Source of the DNA: Microthyrium microscopicum
Lineage: Eukaryota
NCBI GenBank assembly: GCA_010405405.1
Contig: MU004236.1
Span: 508,576-572,575, forward strand
Reading direction: 5' to 3'
Length of the DNA: 64,000 nucleotides
The notes under the pieces are model-generated. The model did not search any database, was not told the DNA's origin, and worked only from the letters and a program-made list of their open reading frames with translations. Positions 36,040-49,601 of this stretch are shown here, piece by piece. Numbering within the stretch: position 1 is the first letter of the stretch; every line of letters begins with the position of its first letter. The position numbers and the translations under genes were made by a program.

Positions 36040-37261
36040 CTATTGGCCATTCGACATCGCAGCTGGTCTTCCAGCGCCTTTCGGAGCACCACCGGCTCCT
36101 TTTGGAGCACCTCCAGCCATTGTTGAGCCGGATGAGCTTCCTCCTAGATTCTTCGGCTTGATGTGTCTCCACCAATCTCGAGCCATCCAAGCGTCGAACT
36201 ATCAACTATCAGTTCTTTTGATCTCCGGACAATCACATAATCTTACCTCAGTGATGTAGCTAGAGCTACCGGCCATCATGATGAAGTTGGTTTGTCCTTT
36301 AGGCTTCCAGTCGTAGAAGTCATCAATAGCGTAGCTGTGACCCTATACAGAGTTAGAAACACTTCTACAAACTACAGGCCCAGACTTACCATCTCATGTA
36401 GATAGATCATGGCATCACCACCAGCCTTGAATTGAGCAATCGTCGCCGTGCGATAAGTTCTCTGACCCCAATCACCACCCTGCAGTCATTCATTCATTAG
36501 TAACATCAACAGCTAACATCTCGCTTTGGTACTTACAACACCACCAGCACCACCACCCAGGTTGTCTGACAGCCACAGACTCATCGAATACATATTCTCC
36601 TTTGGATTCTGGCACTTTGGAAACTGATCTTCGCACCCATTAGCCTCACCCTCTCTCCCCAAGAGACAAACTCACTATTCATATGGAAAAAATGCCCACA
36701 ATCCGGATTACACTGCGGCACACCCTCCTGATCTTTATACGCACTATACTTGCCCTCCGCCGTCTCATTCAGCCCCGGAAACAGTGCCTGACTCGTCCCC
36801 GCCCACCCCACAATCTTCACCGGCACCTTCGTATACGGCCACCCATCAAACCCAACCAACAAATCCGCCCACTTCTGGCTCTGCACCTGCAGCCCTTTCA
36901 GAATCGCCGCGCGCGTCGCAGCATCTGCGGTCGCGCTGGAGTGCCAGCGAACACAGTAGTTCAGGGCGCCGTTGTTATCGAGGATCTGGTTGTAGACCCA
37001 GCCGCCGCGCTTGAGATCTTGCGGGCGGCGCTTGATGACCCAGGCCCAGACGTCGTCGAGGTCTTGTTTCATGGAGGCGGGTGGGTTCCAGGTGGTTTCT
37101 TTGAGGGAGACGGCGGTGTCGGCGCGTTGGGCGCGCGGAGCGCCTTTGCCTTTAGGGGCCTGACGGCGGGAGAGGTCATTGAGGCCTGGCTCGAGGGGGG
37201 AGCTGGTTGACAGGGTGGTGAGGAGGCCTAGGATGGCTGCGGTGGTGGTTGGAAGACGCAT
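36040..37261 (-). CDS. Secreted protein with HExxH zinc-metallopeptidase-like motif (multi-exon)
   Basis: Signal peptide MRLPTTTAAILGLLTTLSTS, then LNYCVRW, GFDGWPY..V.VKIVGWA, GGDWGQR, MIYLHEM|intron|GHSYAIDDFYDW, FIMMAGSS.YITEFDAWMARDWWRH. Confidence 0.8.
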
Positions 37262-38150
37262 CGTGAGTCGTCTATTCTACGCTTCCAGGGCGTTGATACC
37301 AGAAAACAATACAGAAATCCAAAGGAGTGACAAGAATTTGGACTTTGATGTTGAGTGCCCCTTAGGGTCGGTATTATAGAATCGTTTACCAGTGCTGAGT
37401 TCATTGAGTATCTATCATATATTACCAGGATATCACTGTTACTACTTCGTTGTACTGTAATCTTGGAATTTCTCCGGACCCTACTCCTATATTAACTGTG
37501 CACGGAAGGCCCGATGATTGGCAGCTTTAAGCCAACATACAATAAAGGTCTGTATAAAGCTTCCAGGGTTTCTGCTTAATCGGTTACTTACCATCACACT
37601 GCTAACATCGCTGTCAATATACCGACTAGGCCTACCAACAACCTGGCTATGTCCCGTTCCTTTCCTGGTTTAGATGGCAGCCAAAGCTCAAACCATGACT
37701 TCTGTAATATGAAATATTTCAAGTAGAACGATATATCATCACTCTCTCTAGCTTGTTTGCTTGTCTTCGGCGAAGATTGTAGTTGGTTTTGAGTCTATAA
37801 ACAGAAGTTAGTCGTTGCATATTATCTCAACTCACCCCCTATCATAAAAACAACAATCTGAAAACGTTACATAAATTAAATATCAAAACTATCACTAGCG
37901 CTGCCAAACGCTCACACCCAAAGCCTATAATAGTACAACTGCTCGCAAAGAAAACAACAACCTTCAAAAGCAAAAGACCCAAACGACGGATGCAAAATGG
38001 TATATACCAATAGCACCGAAAACGCCAGACACGAAAACAACCACCCACTGATGCCTTTTCTTTTACCACAGAACACCATCAGGAAAATCAATCGCTGGCC
38101 ACGCAAGAACCTGTTTCCAACCAGGCCATTTTCAGCAATGTCGGATCTGA

Positions 38151-41100
38151 CTACGCCTTGCCCCGTCGCGCAAGGTAGTAGGTGATCAAATTCAGCCCAC
38201 TCTCCTTCGCACCTTCCACAGCTTTCCAAAAGCCCTCGCCATTCTCACCGCCCAAGCGCTCATGGAGCGCTAAACAGAATTCGAGATCTGCACGTCGGAC
38301 TTCTGGGTCTGTGTCTTGGAGTAAGCGTACCGCTAGACTGCCGAGACGCTTTGTTTGATCTGGTGAGATCGGGACTTTGCGTGTCGAGGCCGCGGCCAGC
38401 AGAGAAGCTAGACTGTTCAATGCCATGGTGACGGTTCGCGCCATGTTTTCTCCTTGATTACCTGCCGACGATGGACGAGGTGATGATGGAGAGGAAGATA
38501 CGGTAGGTGATGTAGGTGGAGAAAGAGAGGCAGAGAGAGCGAGCGAGTCGATGAGGTCAATGACAGCGGAGATACATTCGGTAGGCTGGCCATTGCGGGC
38601 AATGTCGTCAGCGAGCTTTTCCATTTCGCTAGTAATGTGGCTCATGTCGTCGAATTGGCGGCGTGCGGTGAGCACAGAGCAGAGGGATTGAGAATAGAAA
38701 GGAGCAGCTTCTTTGCGGTGCATAGCGAGCATGCCGCGAATGGTAGCGAGAACTTGGGTCTTGAGGTTTTGCACCTTGGAGCTACTAGGAGTGCCGGAGA
38801 TTTTGAGACTATCTGCTGGTGCCTCGAGGTACTCAAGAAGAGCGACGAGCAAGTCGCCAAACTTGTGGGCGTCTTCGCCCCAGATGTCTTGGTTAGTTTT
38901 GACAATATCTTGTACACGGCGGAAGCCATGTGCGTCTAGATTTTTGCCTCGGACTCGCTCAATGGCGCTGTTGAGAAGGCGCTTATTCTTGGCAGCTTCT
39001 GCTGCATCCCCATTAGGTCCGAGAATGCTGCCAGTGCTAGTCGTCTTCATATGGCCACGGGGTGTCCGAGTTTCCTCAACGTTTTGCTCGTTGCTACGAG
39101 TGCTTTGAGCTAGGTCAACTTGCTCACGCTCAACATCTGAGCTTCGTTCGTTCAGAGCAATTTCGCCCAAGACGGGCTTGAAAGGGCCAGCTGGAGCAAC
39201 GTCAGTCTCATCAGCTTGAAAAGGATCCTCATATATTTGTACTGCTCCAGCTTCGGTTTCAGCCGAGTCAACAAGGCGCGATCGGTCCGGCGAGTGGGTT
39301 TTTCGTTGTGCATCAATTCGTTGAACAAGTGGCGATCCAGGTTTGACATTCTCCGCCTTCATGGGTGTCCGCCGAGGTAAGCCAGACTTGTATGGAGTAC
39401 CGCTTGAGCTTGGTCGAGGAGAGCTCTTATCCCGACTCTCTGGGCGTAGATTAGGAATTACCATCGTAAACCCACCAGTGTCGTCTTCTGAAGCTACAGT
39501 CGCGCCGCTATCGCGTGTTCTTAGATGAGGTATATGTGATTGATGGAGGGGTACCGAGTGGGATGAAAAATCATCCGGTGGATTGAATGGTGTTACAAGA
39601 GTAAGAGTTTCGTCCTTTTCTGGGCTGACGGGCACAGAGTTGGTTCGCCCATGCGTAGGCGATGGACGCGAAACAGTTTGCGCTCGTGCCTTGCCCCTAA
39701 TTGCCGGTGTCATCGCACCACCGCGTGCAGGAGTTCGGCCAATCGTTCGAGCAGCGCTGGCAGCCGTTGGCTTAGCTACCGACCCTATCTTAGAGGGACT
39801 AGTCTGTGGACTAATAGTAGGGGTTGTTTGTGTTGTCTGACCACCTCTCCTAGAGGCGTACGGATCCGCAGTCGCTGGGCGAGCAATCTCTGGCTTTCGA
39901 GGCCGTCGAACTGGGGCAGCAGTCAGAGTGCTCTTTGTCGACGGAGTGTCTGCTAATTTGCTAGGGGCAACTGTATGTGAGCGAGCTCCCGCTGGGCGAA
40001 TAGGTCCACGTCCAGCTCCAGAAGCTTCAGTGCTAGGAAAAGCAGCCAGTGCCGAGTTAGGGCGATCTGGAAGATTCTTCCCTAGAGCAGCCTTTCTCTG
40101 AGCAGCTATTGCATCTCTTATCGATGGCCGAGCTGTTGGAGCAGGTCGACTTTTTGTGCTAGCAACACTTGAGAATGAAGATGCCATGGATGATTTGTTG
40201 GGATTGTTCGCGTCCTTTTCTAATGCGGTTCGCATTTTGCTGTCTTCAAGACTGTTCATGAATCTAGAGATTTGTTAGTAATGGTCACTGAAGGACAGCG
40301 AGAACCTTACTTTTCACCCTGATCCGGCCAAACCTGGGCAAACACCCAATAAGCACTTCGAGTGCTTTCACGAACTTTTGGATTCGCATCTTCGAGACCC
40401 TTTTTCAAGCATTTCAGTATGACGTCCATACCACCGGAGTGTTCAATCTGTGCTTTATGGGATGCGTTTCTTCGAATAACAATCTTAAGCCAGCTGGGAC
40501 CAAACGCTCGAGTTTGCATATTCTTCTCTTGAAAGGTAAGCCAGAGATGGTTCATCATGCGTTGATTGTAAGAGGCATGAGACAATATCGCTTCCATAGT
40601 GGTGTCTGCGTTCTTGGCTGCAAGCTGTTTAGTGTTGGAACTCATCTTGATAAAGTTCTGGATCATAATCTCAGTCATTGGATCCATGGTGGTGCCGAGA
40701 GTGCGATACAACTCCTGCACCAGCTGGCACGCATTGGTTGACATGGTTGTCCGAAGAGTATTAGCAGCCTTGAGAATGCCGTCCATCATGCCCTTGATTC
40801 CAGCAACAAATGCGGCATGAAATTCCTCCAAGGCGTTGCCCTTCAATAGTCGACGAATCTTCTTGATGCTCTTGTCTCTCGCTAGCCAATTGTGTTCACT
40901 CTCTCGTCCTTCAAACGGTGGTTGCATGTCTCTAAAAGCATCTTCGAGCTCGCGCTGAGTGTGTATGTAAAGTGGATCTATGGAAGAATCTTGCGCAACC
41001 GGAGCCTCGGACATGATACTCTCGTTCATTGTGGAATCGACATGACCGTGATCTCCGGCTGGTGCTGACATTATGGATGCGCCGAGATCGAGTTCTACTG

Positions 41101-41885
41101 TGTTTCGCATTCCAAGATGTTGAACAACGAAGGCGACGATAGCTTTTCGTACGTCGCGAGAGGCCATTTGCTTCTTTAAATCGACCTTTGCATGTTCGGG
41201 CGCATTGCTAGCAAATTGTTAGCAATAAGCACAAGAGAGACTGGACAGTTTGACTTACCCAAATAGCTCCACAACTACACTTTTGGCAGTTTCTCGAACG
41301 CCACCATCTGAGTCTTCAAGACAAGCAACTAAACTCGGAACAAAGCCTCGGAATGGCAAACCGTCGCTGTTATGCATCTAGCCAGGCCATTAGTCGCCGT
41401 ATATACCAAGATCGAAAGTAACAAACCTTAACGACCCACATCATAGCCATCTCTTTTGAACGCGCATTGTTCCCAGCCAAAGCTCCCTCCTTGATCATGC
41501 GCTCCACATCGTTCTTCGAATATGGCCACAGATCGCAAAGGGTTTGGCTAGCAGCATTTCTTGTGCTCTCGCGCGCATCACCAAGTCTATCCAACAAGAT
41601 GGGCAGTAACTTTGGTGACCAAGCAGCAATAACCGACGTCTGTTCCTGCAGAGCAAGACGCTTAATTAAATGTGCAACGGTAGAAAACGCGGTGGAAACG
41701 AGAGTCGGTGAAGTTTGAGCGCTGATGCCTAGACGAATAGATTCGAAAATAACAGGTTGGGCGGAATCGGGGACTCGTTGGTGTTTGATGCTGCTTTTGA
41801 GGTTGTTGAAGGCAGCGAGTTTGGTGTCGATGGCAACAGAGGACTTTTTGAGAGTCGCCAACAGGTTCTGGGCCTGCTCATCCAT
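38151..41885 (-). CDS. STU1: CLASP-family microtubule-associated protein Stu1
   Basis: MDEQAQNLLATLKK...LKSSIKHQRVP, LLDRLGDARE, CLASP_N region (FEGRESEHNW, LRTTMSTNAC, LEDANPKVRESTRSAYW), RPATADPY, and C-terminal LITYYLARR. Confidence 0.93.
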
Positions 41886-42555
41886 GATTGTTGATGTTAG
41901 CAAAGTAGGAGGATCATGAACAGATTATTTTGAGTAGGGCGGGGGTGGTCTGTTTGGTGGGAGAGATGGTTGTGATGTAAGGGCTCGGTGCTGTTGGGAT
42001 ATCGCGGTTTCAATGTTGCCCGGTTGGATCTTGCATTGTTTATGGGCAGCCACGCAAAGGCACGTTGCGGCAGGAGCAACCCGCGTGCACTAGCCTAATC
42101 TACCACCCCTGTCTCTGGTTCCTTCTTCATTGGGACTGACCATTGGCCACCTCTTAAAAACATCATTGATCATCTGCATAAGGACAATGGACTTCTGGGC
42201 GCGACGACACCAAAATCAAGAAAATAGGGGTAACATTCGCCATTCGGACACGGCTGACAACATATTCATCACTATCTAAAGCCCTTATACTCTCTATGCG
42301 GTCTATAACCAGAACACGAAAGCGATTCAAACCACCCGTCCAAATCAGTAAGACCATAGCACACAAAGCTATACATGTCGCAAAAATGCTGAAATCCACA
42401 TGCAGTCTAAGACAAACTTGTATATGTACAACGCTATTCCCGCTGACCCGCAAATGCATGCAACGTTAATTGGGGTATCTTCATGTCGTCCAAACAACCA
42501 ATTTCATGCTGAGCTTAAGCCATCCTAAAGCCTTCACCAATTCATCCTCTCAGTT

Positions 42556-44816
42556 TCATGAGGATTCGTCAAAGTTGGCCGCCTTACAGCCATTCACCAA
42601 CGAATTTAGTGGCCATTGATATGGCGTTTGCGCCCTGGAGCACACAAGTCAGACAATATTCTTCATCGAGTGGGAGGATTACTTACCAAGTAGTCAAGTT
42701 CGCATTGTTGTACGCTTCAGGGTGTCGTGCAATGTATTCGGTAGTTTCATATCCAGGAGGGTCACAGGTGATTGACGTCTCTCCATCTGGTTGATATATT
42801 CGGATGTAGTCAATTCTCATTGTGGCTGGCATGAGCTTTGCCAGGCCTTCCATATTCAGCGCGGCAAACCCATTAGACATGCCAAAGTTGATAACCATCG
42901 ACATGGGCTCCTGTGGAATGACGCGCTGACCAATGTTGCCATTGGGGCCCATTGAGCGAGCGTCTGCAGTCCAAGTTGCTGAGTTGCCTACGAACCAGGT
43001 CACTTTTCCCTGAGGCCCAGGTTGGTATTCAAAGGCATATGTCTGGTACTCTTTACCATCATACCATTTGTTGTTGAGATTCGTCACTCCTGAAATGGCT
43101 TGTTGGTATATTGACCCCAGGTAATCGTTCATGGTCGTCAAAGAATGATCATAAATCTCGAGAAAATCTGCAACTCAGGTTAGGGCTGGAATATTATTTC
43201 CTCAAGGCGCAGCACTCACCATAGTCTGGTCTCCAGAACACATCGAAAGGTGCTGTTTGAAGACTCTGCGAGGCTGAACCAATTGGAGCGCCACTCGGCG
43301 GATCCAAATATCCGACACTGGCTTCCAAAGCATCAATTTCTGGAGCGCCTCTTGACTTGCCCGGGCTTGGATGATCCTCTCCTTTACATGTACACGCCGG
43401 AAGTCTCATTCCTGGAAGAAAGCTCAAGCCGCTGGGATCGCTCTGGTTCGCTGTAATGCCAGCGTCACATATATCGTCGTAGCTATAAGGCCACATGCCA
43501 TCCGTTGTAGAAGCGTATCCAGGTCGTCCAAGATTTCCCATGGACCAGAAGCCTGGCCAAAATCCAATGGTGTCGCCTGCTCCTGGTAACGAAATGCTCG
43601 CTTCCATTCGACCTCCTTTGAAACAAAGCTTGTTCCACGACTGAAGCATTCCAGAGCGGTAGTTGAGATCGTGATTTTTGAAAGCGTCAAACCGTATGTT
43701 GAGAGTTCCGTTCTGTGTCCATATTGCGTCTGGATCATACCACTTGAATTGGTCAGACATATAACTGCTTAAAATAGACTCGTACATACCTCTAAATCCG
43801 CCGTCACTCCATACCATAGATCTACAGCTTGCCAATAGGCATCATCACCATCGTAAAACGTCCTGCCGTCTGTGTTGAACTCATCCGAGAACTGAATAGA
43901 CATTAACTCAGCTTGCTATAAATATTGGGGTTTCAGTACTTACCACAAGGTTCAAAGTTGTGCCATCAAAGGACTTCTTCGTCAACGCCGACTTGGGCGT
44001 ATCTGGGTCTATTAATCCAATTCGTTGATTCTTCAACAGAGGAATGGTCCCGACACTAATGCACATGGGATCATTTGCGCATATTGGGACCGGTTTAGGT
44101 TTATCAATGATGCCTCTTATGAATGACCTGAGATTTGTTAGCGAATGTCTTCCAGCATGAAGCAGTATATTCCATGCTACTCACACGACCGGGTAGCCAA
44201 TAAAAAGCACCATTATGCCCAAGAGCAGCAATACCAGACCTCCGCAGTTTGTGACACCCCTCGTACTGAAGACAGAGCAGCCGATTTCGTCCTTTTCATC
44301 GTCAGGATTGTGTAGCCAGTCGTCTTTCTCAATGTCCTCTGGGTAAAGTAACAATGCTGTCGAGGGCAGTATATTGTATTTCGCGGCCACTGTCTGTGTA
44401 TTGACCTCTTCACTCGGGTCATCAAAGGGCGTGACGAAGGGGCCTGCAGAGTTTGAGTTTGAAGGGCTTGAAGGTGGCCATATACCGCGATCTGAACTCC
44501 AGCTCGATCTCTTCGAGGACGCGCCTGATCTGGGAGATTGGAAGGGGGATGATTCTTCGTCTCGGTACTGCTTTTGCTCCGGCGGTAGCAGCCGTTCATT
44601 AGAGTCTGTGGATTTTCTCTTCTGCTGATATAGTCCCAGAGCTGTCGTTGAGATCTTACGTCGGCTCGCTGATAGCAATGAACGGGTGGAACGAGATTTT
44701 ACTGGCCGGTCCAGTATGTTGTTATTGCTCGAGTTGAGGCGGATATGCGGCGTCGATTGGATATGTGGTGTGTATTCTGCAGTATATTCTGGAGGCGAGC
44801 TCGGCGGAGAGCTCAT
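42556..44816 (-). CDS. KRE6: Kre6/Skn1 GH16-like beta-1,6-glucan synthesis protein
   Basis: [10 protein letters not shown], one TM segment ending [84 protein letters not shown]. Confidence 0.93.
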
Positions 44817-47800
44817 CGCGCGGTCTGGACTGGAAAGTATAACGAGTGACAAATGCAAAGAAGTATCGATGGTCCGCCGGGGGAATCAGATGCGTTGTTG
44901 GGTCTATATTGACAAAGAGTGATGTGATCTGCTTCGTTAAGGTTCCATTGATGGATGCGGAGGGCATATGGATTGAAGCTGGCAGTATTAATTCTCAACC
45001 GTCGATAACTATTTGCAGAGACAGAGAGGAGGCAGAGTGAAGTAGACGATGGACGGGGACTGGGGAGCGAACAAAGAATGTGGAGGAGAGTAGTTCTTGG
45101 CTATCAAGGGGCATTAATGGTGCAGGCACGACACATGGATCAGGCGAGGCTACCATCACTTAGCAAGTGCATTGTAGTATATGGAAAGAGCTGCCATCGT
45201 GCCTGCTCCATATTTGGTAATTCCTCGTGCTGATGGTAGTCAGCATCAGACACCTCTACTTCACCTTCCTATAACAGCCACGACGGGTGTACCTTAGTAG
45301 GAAGTAGGTATTTTGATGCGACTTCTATCCCATCGCTATCTATCATGAAATCGAATGCCAACATCACTGAAAGGATACTGATGATGTGACTAGATCTCCA
45401 CACTCGCCTAGCAGCACGATCGGAACTCACTTCGTCTCTTGTTAGAGTATGGCAGATCCAGGGATGGACCATCCACCTCCTCAGATCTTGCTTGTCCATA
45501 AAACTCAAAAGTTGGCCAAGCTCTTTCAAATATCCTTGCTATTCATGCGACCACCAATCTGTGGCTTGAGGCACTTCATAGCTCATAGCCTCGAACTTGG
45601 GTCCTGTGTTTTGCTCTTACTATCCGTGTACTGGTGAGCATCTTGATGCTGGGCACCATCAATACGACTTCTTACTGCAGCCGAGGAATCAGAAACAATC
45701 GACATATAAGCCTCTAGAATTCCAGGATCCAGAAACTGGTTCTGGAAGTTCCCCTATGTACGTGAGAGATCGCAGAATATATCAAAAATTCACTCCAAAA
45801 TCACGTGAGACGCCACCATTCAATGTTTTCTATCTTCCAAATACGAAATTCTGCACGATCCCATCTACTTTGTTACTTAGGTACTACTTACTGCAATCCA
45901 ATTACAGAGATCTACATCGCAGAAAGAGCTAGGTCAGATGAGCATACATGTATCAACCTGCATGAACTGGTGCATAGACAACAGCAACACCACGTAGCAC
46001 ACAATACCCAAACCAGCCTCCGCTGCATCAACTCAGCGTCCCCGATTCCTGGGGTCGGGAGATGCTTGCAATGAAGAAGCAACACTGGAGAATCAGGCGA
46101 GCACGACACCCGGCGGTACAGCTTCTCGCACATCGCGACCCGAGTGGATGCCGGGACGTTGCATGAGGCTTGATCTGTCGTGACACCAACCAAGTCCACA
46201 GGGGCTTTTTCAGTTGGTTGACTTTTGCGGCCTTGAGTTCTTTCACTAGTACACGATGTTGCGACTAGCCGTTGGGCTTGCACACGTCGCCGCACGTCGG
46301 ACAGTCGACATCGGACAGTCGACAGGTTGTGCTTCGTGAGCACAGCGTCGGGCTTGTTGTGAATTGCAAGCGGAGAGCGCGCAGGAAAAGGGAGAAGCTT
46401 ACTCCACTTATTCAATATCCACGAACGTGATGATCTGGAAACACTGCGTCTTCTCGTGTTTATTGTGCCGACGAAGCAAGCCCGGGACTTGCCTGTTAGT
46501 GCTCGCTGCTTGTGCAACGTTTTCGAAGAGATCATAGTGCATATCTCAAGGGGGGTTGGCTGGTTCAAGACTATTTGGATCAGCTAGGTGTTGACGGACA
46601 TTCAGAGAAGGAAACACAGAGGTTTCTCAGAGAGCCACGTTTGGTGCTTTGGGGTATGTATTCTTGTTTCTTACTAGCTGCATGCAAGAAGCTCATCGGA
46701 AACATCTTTTTGGGAGCAAGCCAATAAGCAACGACTTAAGTTTGGTCCCAAACTGCAGCGGGTTCCGTCGTGAACATGTTTCCCATGCTTCGTGCTTCCA
46801 AGAAAGTTGACAGTATGCAGAACAGATCTCCGGATTTGGCGATCTGGAATTGTTTGCGGTTTTGAGGCTATATTTGTCGGAAGAGGTACCCTCATGCATA
46901 CTGGGCTGCATCAGTTATTTTTGGCGCCTACCAACAACCTTCTAGACAAGAAATAATGTTTAAGCCTTCGAGGTTTCCTGGTTCTTAAGTCATCAAAATT
47001 TGAAGTGAAGCATGAGTCGATAAAATTGAATGGTCCACATCCGGAAGCAAGCGAGCCAATCTTACTTTATGGTAGGGCATCATGAATTGTATTAATTCTG
47101 GCAACACCACGAGTCTTTTAGGTCACCGTTTTTCAGAGAAACGCCAAGAAGAAACTAAACTGTTTTACGAGGGTAGAACCAAAAAACAAAGATGCGGCGA
47201 AAGTGATCGACAAGTAATTCCTGCGATGTCGTGTTTGATATGAAGTCGTTTGGGTTGAACGTCGAGCTAAGACCCCAGCATATCCGCACTCGAGATCAAG
47301 TTCTATATGTCCCTGAATATATAACAAATAGAGATCCACGATTAGCAGCGCCAGATAAGAACGACGGGCATCCGGCTATGACAGCCATGTGTCAGGAAGG
47401 TATGGACCAAACGACTGCTTGATCGACATAAACAGCGTGCTCCAAATTGCATGTTTATTAATATGATGCATACCCGGGTCTTTTTTGTAGTGCCCTGTTC
47501 GGTTTCTCGAAGGTCCTGAAGAACTGGCATGTGCGCTCTGGAGAAGCTTGCAATATGTTTGTTCCCCCCTGGTCGCTCTCTGTCGAGTTGATCCATGAGA
47601 GTTTCGAACCAGGGCTGGGTGCCATAGGCCGCGAAGGGGTACGCGGTTTACCTGGTGTTGCTGGTGTCACATCTTCTTAAGATGCGCTATAATATGAAGT
47701 TGATTGCAAGGGTTGCTATTAGAAACGGCTTTGCCCGGATTGGAATCTAGCTAGGTCGGCTTGTCATTTTGGATACATATTATCTGGGGGTTGGGACCAT

Positions 47801-49601
47801 TAGTTATTCACCTAGTGTGTCAATTAATCTAGGAAGGTATTTTACGATTGAATTGAAAGGAATAATGGATTTGTCTTCCTGCTGGTAGAAATGTATTGTC
47901 ACCTTTCTTGTTCATTGAGGATTCGTCGGCTCAATTTCTCGTTCCTATCAAATAAATAGTCCCGCTGGAATAGAAATAGTCAAGGAAGAATATCACTTAT
48001 GGCGAATGCAGATTTGAGTATCAAGGTATGAGGTATGGATTCTACAATCTCCCATGTAATACGTTTATATGGCATGGAGTATGTTCAAAGCTCACCAAAC
48101 GATGAATGACGAAGTTAGTCAATGACTGCCATTGGAATACTCCTATTTCACACTCCTTGACCAGTAAGGTGTATGATTAGAGAAGACGATTTGAGTACCT
48201 GGGGGAGATCCTACTAATTAGGGCCAAAACGATTCATCGTACGATGTTCAACAGGCGTCATCAATCAGATTCCGCGGATGAGATTCAAAGATCAGGTACC
48301 TATATTAGTGACACGTTCAACTATAAATTCCTCTTTGAATGTTTCAGTCTTTGCTTTGACTGCCATAGTACGAAAATACAGCAGTTTGCGGCATTGATTC
48401 TGGTTTGATCATGAGCACTAATATGCAAAATTAGAGGCTCGAATAGATAAAGAGAATTTAGTAACCTCTCTCTCATACTTACTAAACCAGTCGCGTATTT
48501 TCATCACAAGAGTGGTACAAGTTGACCGGTTCATCGAAAGTAATGAAAACTGAAGCAGACTCTCTCAATGTAGCTTGGCACAAGTTGAGTGTAAACCGAA
48601 TGCGCTGGGAGATGAAGCACCTTTCTTCCAATTGTATGATCCAATGGTCAACATTGTATTTGATGGGAGGAGCTGATTAGAGGTTTGGTCACGTCAGGTA
48701 TTGGAACCTTCCCCATGTTCAATTTCGTTGAAGAGATCTTCAATGCAAAAATCATCCTGTCCAACAAATGTCACGATGTTGATGGAGGTTGGGAGTGCAC
48801 TATTTCTCTGGCGTTAGGCCACCCCAACTTCCAAGCAGCTTCAGTCCCACGACATGCCGAAACAGGTTACCGACCACCAAAAGACCAAAGTTACATGTCC
48901 ATTTAGTGGATAGAGGAAGGCATCTTCCCAAATCGTGACGATTGGCCCACAAGGCAAGGCCGAAAACGAACTGCTGCACCCAGACTTATCCACACCTGGC
49001 TACCAAATCCATCCACGAGCAAAACCCCCCTTGGCTCGCCCCAACATTCCCCCCTAGAAAAAAACAAAAGACAAGAAACCTCCCGCGGCTAACCTTGCGT
49101 GGTTCCGCGCTAGTCTGTGCAGAATTTCAGCCATCCGCATCCTTTTCCTGCAAGCACTGACAAGGGTATGATGGCGCATTACTGCCAACCCCGCTCAAGA
49201 TAAGAACTTCTAAACTTCTAAACTTCTAAACTTCTAAACACGTTACTACATTACTACATTAGTGACGTTACCCCATTACTATATTACTATATTACCCTTT
49301 AATCTCTAGAGCTCTAGGTTATTAATTATAGATAATTGCAATCCTACCTTACTACTTAGAAGTTATTATATTTATATTAAGATATATCTTTCTAATAAGT
49401 TAGTATAGTTACATATATATTATATAATAATTAGTAGGAAGTATAAAGTATAAAGTATATAAATAATTACTAAACGTAAGTTTATATTACTATCTAACGA
49501 ATAGGTATATATATATATATCTACCTAAACTAATTAAGTATCTATCTCTTTCCTAGAGTTATTCCTTATACTTTTTACCTTATTACCTTATCTATAATAA
49601 A

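Noticed and set aside
49207..49238. Telomeric repeat or chromosome end
   Set aside because: (CTTCTAAA)4 is not TTAGGG, is internal, and is mirrored in the opposite TIR.
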